DNA of 64,000 bases from an uncultured delta proteobacterium (GTDB lineage: Bacteria; Myxococcota_A; Polyangia; Fen-1088): positions 128,001 to 192,000 of the forward strand of contig CAVTRY010000013.1 in assembly GCA_963737265.1 (NCBI GenBank), read 5' to 3'. Below, one piece after another: positions 30,294 to 40,548 of the stretch; the stretch's first letter is position 1; each line of letters starts with the position of its first letter. The translations under genes and the position numbers were made by a program. The notes under the pieces were generated by a model, which saw only the letters and a program-made list of their open reading frames with translations, was not told the origin of the DNA and searched no databases.

Positions 30294-30477
30294 CGAATCA
30301 GCAGGGAACGCCGAGTCAGCCGTACAGCGCCGTCGGGAAAGAGCCGGTGCTGGCAGACACGCGCTTTCGGAATGCATAGGCACCCCAGCGTGAACCCGAT
30401 GAAGCCAGCAGGTAAACTATGGCCACCTTGGGTCATGATAGATTGACATACGGCCCTGGTTTGGGAATGCTCCGGCC

Positions 30478-30657
30478 ATGGGCACGAGCATTCGTACAGC
30501 CGTCAAGGCCACACGGCTGCGGATTGGCATTCAGCAGCAGGATCTGGCCGAAGCCATCGGCGTCAGCCGACAAACGAAGCTGGTGCTGTCCAGGGAAAGG
30601 GGCGAAGGCTTTGGGCGCGGCGGGATTCAACACGGCCGAGGCACGGTGAAGAAGTGA
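30478..30657 (+). pseudogene. Deletion scar: XRE HTH N-terminus joined to a ModA-like C-terminal tail
   Basis: MGTSIRT...QQDLAEAIGVSRQT then LVLSRE / GAKALGAAGF* directly before modB; TTGACA at 30443-30448. Confidence 0.6.
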
Positions 30658-31487
30658 TAGGCAGGTTTCTCTCCCGGACAACGAGCCGCAAGTTCTATGG
30701 CGTTGCCATGGTTGGCTTGGGCGGGACACTTCTGCTCTTCCTCGTGCTTCCCTTCGTGGCCTTGCTGCTCGACGGAGGGCCCGATTCCATCCTGCGCGGG
30801 CTCGGCTGCGCGCTGACCTGGCCAGCCATGCGCCTGAGCGTAGGAACCAGCCTCATCTCGGTTGGGTTGGTAGTGCTGGGCGGCACGCCACTGGCCTGGT
30901 GGCTGGCGCGCTCGCGCTGGCGCTCGGCACGTTGGCTAGAAATCCTGCTGCAACTTCCCGTCGTCATTCCGCCTGCGGTGGGCGGCATCGCGCTGCTGCT
31001 GGCTTTTGGTCGGCGTGGACTGTTCGGTGGTGTCCTAGAGCGCTTGGGCTGGTCGCCTGCCTTCAGCTCCATCGCGGTAGTCATGGCCCAGATTTTCGTC
31101 TCGGCGCCGTTCTACATGCAGGCCGCTGTGCAGGCTTTTGGCCGCCTAGATCGCAACCTGTTGGCGGTAGGACGCAGCCTGGGCGCTTCGCCGCCGCGTC
31201 TCTTCTTTCAGGTCGCCTTGCCACTCGCGCGTCCATGGTTGATTGGCGGCGCGGCCATGACCTGGGCGCGGGCCCTCGGTGAATTCGGCGCCACTCTGAT
31301 GTTCGCCGGAAACATGACCGGGAAGACTCAGACCTTGCCCCTTGCCATCTACACGGCTTTGGAGCTCGACATTCACACGGCGCAGGCTCTGTCACTCTTG
31401 CTGGTTGCCTTCGCCTTTGCGCTGCTGCTCTTTCTACGCCGTTTCAATCGCAATCTCGAAGTTTCGCGAAAGACGGCTATGCCATGA
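30654..31487 (+). CDS. modB: Molybdate ABC transporter permease
   Basis: LPVVIPPAVGG, ARALGEFGAT, TQTLPLAIY motifs. Confidence 0.88.
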   Translation: MIGRFLSRTTSRKFYGVAMVGLGGTLLLFLVLPFVALLLDGGPDSILRGLGCALTWPAMRLSVGTSLISVGLVVLGGTPLAWWLARSRWRSARWLEILLQLPVVIPPAVGGIALLLAFGRRGLFGGVLERLGWSPAFSSIAVVMAQIFVSAPFYMQAAVQAFGRLDRNLLAVGRSLGASPPRLFFQVALPLARPWLIGGAAMTWARALGEFGATLMFAGNMTGKTQTLPLAIYTALELDIHTAQALSLLLVAFAFALLLFLRRFNRNLEVSRKTAMP

Positions 31488-32281
31488 GCGCCGCCCCCCC
31501 TCATCTATCCGTCTCCGTGGACGCCGAGCTGGGACCATTCTTGCTTCGAGCCACGCTGGAAGTCGGGGCCGAACCGCTAGCCCTGATCGGGCCAAATGGA
31601 TCGGGCAAGACCAGCTTGCTGCTCGCCATTCTGGGGCTGCTCAAGCTCGAACGTGGGCACATCGTGCTCGGCGACGAGGTGCTCGTGGACAAGGAGCATG
31701 GCATCGAACGCCCCACGGAAGAGCGCCACCTTGCCTATCTGCCACAGGACTTCGGACTCTTTCCGCATCTCACGGCGGTTCAAAACGTGGCCTTCGCGCT
31801 GGCATGCGGCTCGGAGCCTATCGGCCGAAAGGAAAGGCGGGCGCAAGCCATGGCGTGGCTCGACCGCTTCGGTCTCGGCGGCCTCGCCAACCGCAATCCA
31901 GCGCAACTCTCCGGTGGCGAGCGCCAGCGCATCGCCTTAGCCCGAGCCCTAGCCTCCTCGCCCAGGGCGATTCTTCTCGACGAACCGACTGCCTCACTCG
32001 ACATCGAAGCCCGCGTCGAGGTGCGCGCGTTCCTGGCCGAATCCATCCGTTCGCTTGGCCTGCCCACCATCCTGGTCACCCACGACATCATGGACGTGGA
32101 GGCGCTCGCTGGACGGGTGGCCGTACTCGAAAAGGGACGAGTCGCGGGCTGCGGATTGCCTGCCGACATCCGCAAGGCTCCGCCCACGCCCTTTGCCAAC
32201 AAGTTCCTGTCGACGCCCGCGTCCGAGGGCGTCGTCTCGATTTCCAATCCTGTCACCGACGGATGTTTTCATCACAACTGA
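31484..32281 (+). CDS. modC: Molybdate ABC transporter ATPase (no TOBE domain)
   Basis: GPNGSGKT, LFPHL, LSGGERQR, LLDEP, VTHD. Confidence 0.85.
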   Translation: MSAAPPHLSVSVDAELGPFLLRATLEVGAEPLALIGPNGSGKTSLLLAILGLLKLERGHIVLGDEVLVDKEHGIERPTEERHLAYLPQDFGLFPHLTAVQNVAFALACGSEPIGRKERRAQAMAWLDRFGLGGLANRNPAQLSGGERQRIALARALASSPRAILLDEPTASLDIEARVEVRAFLAESIRSLGLPTILVTHDIMDVEALAGRVAVLEKGRVAGCGLPADIRKAPPTPFANKFLSTPASEGVVSISNPVTDGCFHHN

Positions 32282-32298
32282 AGTAGGAGGTTTCTGCC

Positions 32299-33927
32299 AT
32301 GTCACTGCGTCCCGCTCGCAAGTTCAGACTTGCCCCCACCGCTCTCGGTCTTCTTACCGTTTGTTTCACCCTGCCTGGATGTGGCAGCGATTCGGGGACC
32401 AAACTGACGGATGCCGGGATCGACGCCGCGAAGGATGCGCCGACCCTCGCGGATTTGGCCGCCCCAGGTTTGGACGTCGCCGTGGCTGATACCTTCCCAA
32501 AGGGGGACGATGTCACGGTCGCGTCAGGCGACGCCGCACAGATCGATGCCGTTCAGACCGATGCCCCGCAAATCGATGCTGCCTCGGCCGATCTGGCACT
32601 CGACACGGGCACAGCCGTCGACACGAGCCCTGCCATGGATGGCGGAGGCATCGACGGTGCCGCCCTGCCAGCATGCGCGTCCCTGGTGAATCCCCTCTAC
32701 ATCATGACGGGCGATACACAGGTGCCAGTGCTGCAAACGCTCGGAAAGGCGTTGCGGCAGGGCGCGAATCCCGTGACCCTAGTTTGGTTCGCCACCGGCT
32801 CCTGCACCATCATCAATGCCGTCTACGCCGGCACGCCGATCACCCAGGTGCCATCGTATATCCCCTCCGATCCCAACTGGGATTCCACGACAGGGGCGCT
32901 ACCGACTTGTGCGCTGGAAAGCGGTGGTCACAGTGTGGACATCGGCATTCCCATCGTCTTCCCTAGCGCGTGCACGACCGATTCGCCGCCTGCCAATCTG
33001 GGTGCGTTTACGGGCCCGGCGCAGTCCATGCTATTCGTCGTACCGCGAAGCGCTTCGCCCGAAGCCATCAGCTCAGGTCAGGCCAAGCTGGTGTTTGGCC
33101 AAGGCGCGGCGGGTAACGTCGTGCCTTGGATCGATCCGAATTTCTATTTCGTTCGACCGCCCACCAAGGGTACGGAAGTCAGTCTCGGAGCACTGATAGG
33201 CTTGCCGGCGGCCAAATGGCTCGGGCAACAGATCAACCTCTCTCCCGATGTCGCAACCAAGATGGCCTCATCGACCTCGCCGGAAGAGACTATCGGCATC
33301 CTTGGCAGCGAGATCTACGATAGCGCGACCAACCGGGCCAACCTGAAGGCACTGGCTTTCCAGGCTGTGGGGCAACCCAACGGCTATCTTCCTGATTCCA
33401 CAGCCACGGCCTTCGACAAGCGCAGTCTTCGCGAAGGACACTACCCTGCATGGTCGCACGTGTTCTATTTGACCACGGTCGCGGCCGTTGATGGCGGTGC
33501 CGCCCACCCTGTCAACCCCAACGCCAAGCTCTTCATCGACATTCTCACCAACACGGCGGATCCTGGAATTCCCACCGGACTCGACCCCGTCGCGCTGGTG
33601 GCGCAGAAGGGGCTCATTCCTTTGTGTGCGATGACGGTAGACCGCTCCGTGGAAGGCGGTGCTCTCTCCCTCTTCTCACCTCCCGATCCGTGCGGTTGCT
33701 ACTACGAGAGCAAGGTGGGAACGCCACCAGCTTCATGCATTGCTTGCACGACCAGTGGGTCTTGCGCCTCGGGCACCACCTGTCGACATGGCTTCTGCGA
33801 AGCCGATGACGGCCGCACCTCGCTGAGCGATTGCAGCGCGCTTCCCGCAGGTGCCACCAACGCACAGATTCTCAACAATACCTGCACGGCCGGCGCGCGC
33901 TTCCAGAGCGATCCCATTCCATCCTAA
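32299..33927 (+). CDS. Cys-rich lipoprotein with PBP-like (anion-binding) domain
   Basis: LPGC lipobox; acidic linker; RPPTKGT and YPAWSH reminiscent of PstS-type PBPs (inference); Cys-rich C-terminus. Confidence 0.55.
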   Translation: MSLRPARKFRLAPTALGLLTVCFTLPGCGSDSGTKLTDAGIDAAKDAPTLADLAAPGLDVAVADTFPKGDDVTVASGDAAQIDAVQTDAPQIDAASADLALDTGTAVDTSPAMDGGGIDGAALPACASLVNPLYIMTGDTQVPVLQTLGKALRQGANPVTLVWFATGSCTIINAVYAGTPITQVPSYIPSDPNWDSTTGALPTCALESGGHSVDIGIPIVFPSACTTDSPPANLGAFTGPAQSMLFVVPRSASPEAISSGQAKLVFGQGAAGNVVPWIDPNFYFVRPPTKGTEVSLGALIGLPAAKWLGQQINLSPDVATKMASSTSPEETIGILGSEIYDSATNRANLKALAFQAVGQPNGYLPDSTATAFDKRSLREGHYPAWSHVFYLTTVAAVDGGAAHPVNPNAKLFIDILTNTADPGIPTGLDPVALVAQKGLIPLCAMTVDRSVEGGALSLFSPPDPCGCYYESKVGTPPASCIACTTSGSCASGTTCRHGFCEADDGRTSLSDCSALPAGATNAQILNNTCTAGARFQSDPIPS

Positions 33928-35219
33928 TGCGGGTTCGTGCCGTTACCTTGAGCACGTTCTTCCTGGCCTGGGCGGTGCAGACCGCCCAGGCTGAGGAGGC
34001 CCCCGCTGCGTCGGCAGCATCGCCAGCCATCCCCTCGACGGCAGCGCTCCAGGGCAAAGAATGGAGCCTCGTCGTGGGAGGGTTCCTGCAAGCCGATGCC
34101 GTTATCGTGGACCAGTCCGCGCAGGACCAGCTTTCTCCTGCTGGCGGCGATCCGCTCAATACCGAGCGCTTTCTCATCCGGCGCGCCCACCTCTTCGTCG
34201 AAGCCCACCGCCTCGCTCTTTCGGCCGCGATCGAGCTGGACGGGAACACGGTCAAGGGCATGGCAGTGGGCCTGGCGCGGGCCGAGCTGGCGCTCGGCCG
34301 GACGCGACCGGGATGGGATGCGGAGGCTGCCCTTGGTCTTCTTCGCATTCCCTTTGGACTGGAGGTCCAGGAGTGGGATCCGGATCGCTACTTTTTGGAA
34401 CGCAGCAACGTCAGCCGGGCGCTCTTTCCCGGCACCTTCGACCTGGGCGGGCGAGCCAAGGGGTCCTGGCGATTCCTGCGTGCGCAATTCGCCGTGATGA
34501 ACGGCCATCCGCTCGGGGATGCGTCCTTCCCCGCGCGCGATCCCAATGCCGCCAAGGATTTCGTCGGTAGACTCGGGATCGACGCCACGGTGGCGGGCAA
34601 GGTCCATATCGGCGCCGGGTTTTCTTCGCTCAAGGGCACGGGCTTTCATCCCGGCACGCCCGCAACCAAGGACGTCCTGGTGTGGAACGACCAGAACGAG
34701 GACGGAATCGTCCAGTTGCCCGAGATCCAGGTCATTTCCGGTCGGGCGGCGACGCCCTCGCAGAACTTCTCGCGTTTTGCCGTTGGGGGTGACAGCCGAA
34801 TCGGTGCCTCCATTCCTCGCGTGGGGCAATTGATGCTTTTCGCGGAAGTCGTGTGGGCCGCCAACTTGGATCGAGGATTGGTGCCCGCCGATCCTATCGC
34901 GTCTGGCCGCGACCTGCGCGAATTCGGCTGGGTGCTCGGGGCCAGCCAGGAATTGACCTCACACGCCGCCTTCGGGGTTCGCTACGACTTCTACAATCCC
35001 GACGTGGATGGCTTTCGGCAGACTCCCATCGCCCTCGCGCCCAAGGATATGTCCTTTCGGACATGGACGTTCACGCTCTCGTGGGGCGGTATGGCCCGCG
35101 ATCGATTGCTGCTCGAATACCAGCACAACCATAACGTGCTGGCGGTGGCCGCCGATGGCTCGCCCACAACGCTGGCCGCGGACACGCTGACCCTCCGCGG
35201 ACAAGTGGTTTTCCAATGA
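33927..35219 (+). CDS. Outer-membrane porin, OprO/OprP-like
   Basis: Signal peptide; GGFLQAD, FLIRRA, PFGLE, FLERS, KDFVGR; ends GQVVFQ. Confidence 0.75.
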   Translation: MRVRAVTLSTFFLAWAVQTAQAEEAPAASAASPAIPSTAALQGKEWSLVVGGFLQADAVIVDQSAQDQLSPAGGDPLNTERFLIRRAHLFVEAHRLALSAAIELDGNTVKGMAVGLARAELALGRTRPGWDAEAALGLLRIPFGLEVQEWDPDRYFLERSNVSRALFPGTFDLGGRAKGSWRFLRAQFAVMNGHPLGDASFPARDPNAAKDFVGRLGIDATVAGKVHIGAGFSSLKGTGFHPGTPATKDVLVWNDQNEDGIVQLPEIQVISGRAATPSQNFSRFAVGGDSRIGASIPRVGQLMLFAEVVWAANLDRGLVPADPIASGRDLREFGWVLGASQELTSHAAFGVRYDFYNPDVDGFRQTPIALAPKDMSFRTWTFTLSWGGMARDRLLLEYQHNHNVLAVAADGSPTTLAADTLTLRGQVVFQ

Positions 35220-36118
35220 GATGTCGACCGGGTGCCTTGGCGGTGGTGTTGGCCCTGGCCGAGTGCGGAGGCGTTGCCAGCGACACCGGACTGGAGGCTC
35301 TTGTGCGTGTCAGTGGCAGCCAGTTCTATCGCGGCGCCATCGAGAAGCTCGACAGCGCGAGCGCTCCCGCTGTAGTCGATGTGCTCAATAGCCAGACCGT
35401 GATCTCTCCTGGCCTGCAGAACAAACAGATCTCCGGCCGCATGGATCCGGGCACTACGGCCGTGGCTATTGGATTCGCGGGTGACGTCGGCTACTGGATT
35501 CTTCCCGCAGACGTGCCCGACTCGAACAGCCCCACGCAACCAACCTTCCACGCCAGTCTGTCCTTTTCGCCCTCGCTGTCTGCCAAGTCCTACGACTTGC
35601 TTGTACGTGCAGTTTCGCCACCCAATGTCTTCGGGCCCGCGGCACACGTGTCGCTTGAGGTCGAGCAAACCCTGCCTCCCACCGGGGCATTGGTAGTTTC
35701 GCTTTGGTGGGACACCGAGTCCGATCTCGACCTGCATGTGGTCGATGCCTTTGGCGACGAGATCTGGGCTGGCCAAATCAACTCGTTCGATCCCTATGCC
35801 GCCACCCCGACCACCGACGCTGGCGCGTGGAACGAAGGCGGCATCCTGGACTTCGATTCCAACGCCGGTTGTGTTATCGACGGCCGCTGCAACGAAAATG
35901 TGGTCTGGTCGGTGGGCCCACCGCCTGGCAATTACGTCGTGCGCGTCGACACCTTCTCGCTCTGTGGAAACTCAGCTGCGCGCTGGACCGTGGAGGCCCT
36001 GCTAGGCGGAGTCTCGCTCGGCAAGGCGGAGGGCGAGGCAGTCCCGTCCGACCAGCGCTTCACCAAGGGCAAGGGCGGTGGGCTGACGGCGTTGGCCTTC
36101 ACCATTCCACCGCCATGA
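35216..36118 (+). CDS. Lipoprotein with YfaP/DUF2135-like domain
   Basis: LVVSLWWDTESDLDLHV, LDFDSNAGC, ENVVW motifs. Confidence 0.65.
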   Translation: MRCRPGALAVVLALAECGGVASDTGLEALVRVSGSQFYRGAIEKLDSASAPAVVDVLNSQTVISPGLQNKQISGRMDPGTTAVAIGFAGDVGYWILPADVPDSNSPTQPTFHASLSFSPSLSAKSYDLLVRAVSPPNVFGPAAHVSLEVEQTLPPTGALVVSLWWDTESDLDLHVVDAFGDEIWAGQINSFDPYAATPTTDAGAWNEGGILDFDSNAGCVIDGRCNENVVWSVGPPPGNYVVRVDTFSLCGNSAARWTVEALLGGVSLGKAEGEAVPSDQRFTKGKGGGLTALAFTIPPP

Positions 36119-38161
36119 GCGTGTGTTCGAGATTCTTCGTGTTGGCGATGCTTGCAACCGTAGACGCAAAAATGGCAACCGCAGCCGAAGCCTACGAGAC
36201 CATCGTGATCGCGCCAACCTCGAAAGAAGCCGGCGAGGCAGATGTGCGAACCGAGGAGCTTCGCCAGGCGCCGGGCGCACAGGGCGACGCCGGCAAGGCT
36301 CTAGAAAACTTGCCTGGCGTGGCGCGGCCCGCGCTCACGGGAGGGGAATTGATAGTGTGGGGCGCAACGCCGGATGAGACGCGGGTCGTGTTCGACGGCA
36401 TGGAGATCCCGGCGCTATACCATCTAGGGGGACTTCGCTCGAACGGTTCCTTCCAGCTTCGTGCGCTCGCTCGCGCTCGTGCCGGGTGGCTACGGGGCCG
36501 CCTTCGGCCGCGGCCTTGGAGGACTGGTTTGCATTACCAGTCGAGACCCGCCTGTCGAACGCTACGCAGGCGAAGTGGATGTGGAAGTCCTCGACACGTC
36601 CTTCGAAGCCGGCACTGCCTTCGGACACGAGGGTGGTGTTCTGGCCGCGGGCCGCGTCGGCTATCTCGACCGCATTCTCGACGGAGTACTCTCTTCGAAC
36701 ACGCGTCGACTCTTTCCACTCCCCCACTATTACGATTTCCAAGGCAAGCTGTCGTTTCCTTTGCGCGACGACGAGGAGGCCGACGTGCTCTTTCTTACCT
36801 CGTCCGACTCAAGTGCCCTCACCAGCGCCAGCCCAAGCCCATCCTCCGCGGCCGACCAGAAACAGGATCGATCCTTCACGCGCCTCGGGATTCACTATGT
36901 GCGCTTTCTTGCCGATGGCTCGGGGGAGTCGCTGACGCCCTTCGTGGGTTGGGATCACACGAGCCGCAGCCAAACCGTCGGGCTTGCCGTGGCGAGCGAG
37001 ACGGTAGATTCCACCGTACTCGGGTTGCGCGGGGACTACGTTGCGTCTCTGTCGTGGTCCGACTTGACCCTCGGTTTCGACGGGATGATGACGTGGTCGA
37101 CCGTGCAACGGGCAGGGCCCGCCACCTTGCCGGCGCGTGAAGGCGACATCACGGCCTTTGGACAGCCGATGGCTGCCAGTGGCAGCGCGGACGCATGGAC
37201 GACAGCGATTGGCAATCTGGCACCCTACGCGACGTTGGAGATCACGCGCGGGCGCTGGCGGGTAGTTCCGTCGTTTCGTTTCGATGGCTATGCCATATCA
37301 ACAAATCGGAGCACCCCGCCAAGTGGTGTCACGCCTCAAGTGGGCACCGCGAGTTTGTCGTGGTCGCCAGCACCTCGCCTTGCTGTGGCAAACCAAACCC
37401 GATCCTGGTTGCGCGAGGACGTTGCCTTCGGCCTCTATCACCAAGCCCCTTCGCCCAGCGACTTGAGCGCGGTCTTTGGCACCCCCACGCTGGGTACCAT
37501 GCATGCGCTGCACGCGGTTGTTGGGGCGGACGCGGATGTAAGCCACAAGCTCAACGTGGAGCCCACTCTGTTCTATAGGCGCACGTGGAATCTTGTAATG
37601 CGCAACCCCGACCCAAGTCCGCCCCTTGCGCACGCGCTCGTGCAAGATGGTGTGGGGCGCGCCTACGGTGCCCAGCTCCTGCTGCGCTTCAGACCCCACC
37701 CCGCTTTCTCCGGCTGGGTGGCCTACACGCTCAGCCGTAGCGAGCGCCGGCACGAGGGCGATCCCTCTTACCGACTGCTCGACCAAGATCAAACTCACCT
37801 CCTAACGGCGGTCGAGAACGTAACTTTTCGTAGCCTCGTCCTCGGCCTGCGATTTCGCTTGGCGACCGGCATGCCGCGAACGCCGGTTGTTGGCAGCTAT
37901 CTCGACACGACAACGGGACAGTATCAACCCATCTTCGGGCGGCAGAACTCGATCCGCCTCCCGGTTTTCTACGCGATCGACCTGCGCCTGGAGAAGCGCT
38001 TTCACCGTCGCACGGTGGATCTCGTTCCGTATCTCGAAGTCCTCAATCTTACGAATCACGCCAACGTTGAGGAGTTTGCGTACGATGAGCAATTCACCTC
38101 GCGTTCCAACATCACCGGTCTACCCCTCCTGGCGGTGGCCGGACTGTCGGTGAGGTTCTGA
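36115..38161 (+). pseudogene. TonB-dependent receptor with a +1 frameshift at ~36442 (possibly a sequencing error)
   Basis: Plug motifs GDAGKALENLPGV, FDGMEIP.LYH, PGGYGAAFGR.LGG; barrel with YTLSRS, RLP...IDLR, NLTN; terminal F. Confidence 0.82.
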
Positions 38162-39060
38162 TGCGCTTCTGCCAACTCGCTGGGCTTGTGATCGTACTCG
38201 GCTGTTCGCCGGACATGGGCCATCCCGCGTCGCTGATAACCGGCGAACGGATCCTCGGCGTGCGCGCTCTTCCCGCCGAGGCTGGCCCCAGCGACACGGT
38301 CCAATACACAAGTCTCGTGGCTTCGCCGCTGGGAACTGTCAGCGAACCATCCTTGCTGTGGAGCCTGTGCAGACTGCGCAAGCCGGTGGATGAGAACACA
38401 CCTGTCAGCCAAGCCTGTCTGACTGCTGATTTGACGGCCTCGGCCCAAGGTGACCAGATCTCGATCCAAACGCCCAGCGCAGCCTGCGTGAACTTCGGTC
38501 CGCTCGCGCCGCCATCGACCGCTGGAACCTTGCGTCCTACCGATCCAGACACGACGGGCGGCTACTACCAGCCCATTCGCTTGGACTTGAACGGACAACA
38601 GGCCATCGTGCGCGAACGCCTGCACTGCGATCTTGCCGGAGCGTCACTGCTCCTGTCGCAGGAATTTCGGGCACGCTACACGCCAAACCAGAACCCGAGC
38701 CTGGTGTCACTGTCCGCCTTCGCGGGCGACACCCCCGTCTCTCTCGATGCCCTTCCAGCCGGGCAACTCCTCCGCTTAGTCGTGGCTTGGTCGCCCGGGT
38801 CGGCTGAAACATTTCCCGTCTTCGACGCGGTTTCGCAAACACTCACCGACCAGCGCGAAGCGCTCTGGTTGTCGTGGTTCACGACAGCCGGGCGATTCGA
38901 CGATTTCTCCACCGGACGCGCAGCGGCCGACACCAGGGCCTGGTCGGAAAACGCGTGGCAAGCGCCCGCGCAGGCGGGCACCGTCTTCCTGTGGCTGGTG
39001 CTGCATGACAGCCGTGGCGGATCCGACTTCGCGGCCTACTCACTAACGGTTGCACCGTAA
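38161..39060 (+). CDS. Lipoprotein partner of the TonB-dependent receptor
   Basis: VLGC lipobox; RILGVRA.P, PNQNP, WFTTAG, LHDSRGG motifs. Confidence 0.7.
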   Translation: MRFCQLAGLVIVLGCSPDMGHPASLITGERILGVRALPAEAGPSDTVQYTSLVASPLGTVSEPSLLWSLCRLRKPVDENTPVSQACLTADLTASAQGDQISIQTPSAACVNFGPLAPPSTAGTLRPTDPDTTGGYYQPIRLDLNGQQAIVRERLHCDLAGASLLLSQEFRARYTPNQNPSLVSLSAFAGDTPVSLDALPAGQLLRLVVAWSPGSAETFPVFDAVSQTLTDQREALWLSWFTTAGRFDDFSTGRAAADTRAWSENAWQAPAQAGTVFLWLVLHDSRGGSDFAAYSLTVAP

Positions 39061-39061
39061 G

Positions 39062-39235
39062 TCAGCGGAGACCAAGCTGTGCGCGATTGCCGTTAGGCTC
39101 GCTCTCGGCAACCGGTGCTGTGCCGCGCTGGCGGCAGAAACATCGCACTTCCTCCTCGTCGAAACGCCACTCGTCACCCACCCGATGCGCCGGCAGCCCT
39201 CGCTTGAGCAGGCGGTAAACGTGCTTGGGATGAAC
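39062..39235 (-). pseudogene. Remnant excisionase-like (HTH_17) DNA-binding domain
   Basis: VHPKHVYRLLKRGLPAHRVGDEWRFDEEEV; no clear start codon and no downstream domain. Confidence 0.6.
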
Positions 39236-39311
39236 CTTGTTCCAGCGGTGTTGCCACCCCCGAGCACGGCATGGTTCCGTCACGAAGGACCGCGCATCTG
39301 TGGTAGGGGTG

Positions 39312-39368
39312 GGGTCGCCACGTCCATCCATACGCGCGGCGAGGTGGCTCGGTTTCGCTGCGATGAAA
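39312..39368. repeat. 57-bp direct repeat copy 2, containing GAAACC-N16-CGTA on the minus strand (39331-39356)
   Basis: 51/57 identical to 30237-30293. Confidence 0.85.
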
Positions 39369-39375
39369 AAGGGGG

Positions 39376-40536
39376 CTAGCGCGCTCGCGGCAGGCCCGCC
39401 CTCTGCGCTTCGAGCAACCAGGTGGGCTTGGCGTAAACGTCGTCGAACATGCTCGACGTGGGCGGCGGGCCAGCGGCTTCCTCGCTGACGATGGCGGCGC
39501 GGATGTCGGCCGTGATGCGCTTGGCGAGCGCCGCCTGCGCGTCGGCGGAGAGAATCCCTTTCTCCGCGAGCCAGACGCCAAAGCGCAGCAGCGGATCTCT
39601 CTTGGACCAGGCCTTGTGCTCGGCTTCGTCCCGGTAGTGGGCGGGATCGTCGGCGCTGGAATGGGCACCCAGGCGATACGTCAGCGCCTCGATGAAAGTG
39701 GGGCCGCCACCGGCACGCGCTTTGTCCACGGCGGCCCGGATGGCCGAAAACATCGCCAAGACATCGTTGCCGTCGACGCGCAGTGAAGGTACGGCATAGG
39801 CAAGTCCCTTCACCGCCAAGGTTTCCGCCTGGGTCTGCACGGACACCGGCGTGGAAATCGCCCACTGATTGTTCTGGCACACGAACACCACTGGCGCTTG
39901 GTAGACGGCGGCGAAGTTCAAGCCGGCGTGGAAGTCATCCTCGCTGGTGGCGCCGTCGCCGAAGAAACACAGGGCGACAGTGCTTTCCTTGCGAATTTTG
40001 GCGGCCCAGGCGATTCCCACGGCGTGAGGGATCTGCGACGCTACACACGACGAGGTGCTCACATGCCTGATGCGGACGGTGCTTACATGACAAGGCATCT
40101 GTCGGCCTCGTCCCGAGTCGTGATCCGTGCCCAAAATCTGCGCGATGTACTTGGTCAGGGGCAAGCCGCGATAGATCGCCGCCGCGCCCTCGCGCAGGCC
40201 CTGCACGAAAAAGTCTGTCGCGGCGATGGCATGCGCACCGGCGATGGCGCCCGCCTCTTGCCCGCGCGCCTCGAAATAATGGCCGATGCGTCCCTGGCGT
40301 TGCAGCGGCAGCAACTGGTCATCGAGCAGGCGGCTGGTGAGCATCCCTTGGTACAGACGAAACAAAGCCTCGGCGGAAAGTTGGGGCTCGGACGCCGCAT
40401 CGGCGTGGCCATCCTCGTCGAGGATGCGGAAAACGCCCGTCGCGCGCGCGTAGTCTTCGTCCGACCAGACCTCTACGCAGGCCACGCTGTCGGCGGTGAG
40501 CTGGCCCGAACGACTCTTGCTGGTCGGCTGTGCCAT
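39376..40536 (-). CDS. 2-oxoacid (branched-chain/pyruvate) dehydrogenase E1 alpha
   Basis: QRQGRI, GRQMPCH, GDGATSE...QNNQWAIS (TPP-binding), YRLGAHSSADD. Confidence 0.92.
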   Translation of the reverse strand: MAQPTSKSRSGQLTADSVACVEVWSDEDYARATGVFRILDEDGHADAASEPQLSAEALFRLYQGMLTSRLLDDQLLPLQRQGRIGHYFEARGQEAGAIAGAHAIAATDFFVQGLREGAAAIYRGLPLTKYIAQILGTDHDSGRGRQMPCHVSTVRIRHVSTSSCVASQIPHAVGIAWAAKIRKESTVALCFFGDGATSEDDFHAGLNFAAVYQAPVVFVCQNNQWAISTPVSVQTQAETLAVKGLAYAVPSLRVDGNDVLAMFSAIRAAVDKARAGGGPTFIEALTYRLGAHSSADDPAHYRDEAEHKAWSKRDPLLRFGVWLAEKGILSADAQAALAKRITADIRAAIVSEEAAGPPPTSSMFDDVYAKPTWLLEAQRAGLPRAR

Positions 40537-40548
40537 ATCGCCACTGCT

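Noticed and set aside
39062-39235. Prophage or ICE excisionase
   Set aside because: No integrase or phage genes nearby; better explained as the remnant of an HTH_17 regulator of the mod cassette.
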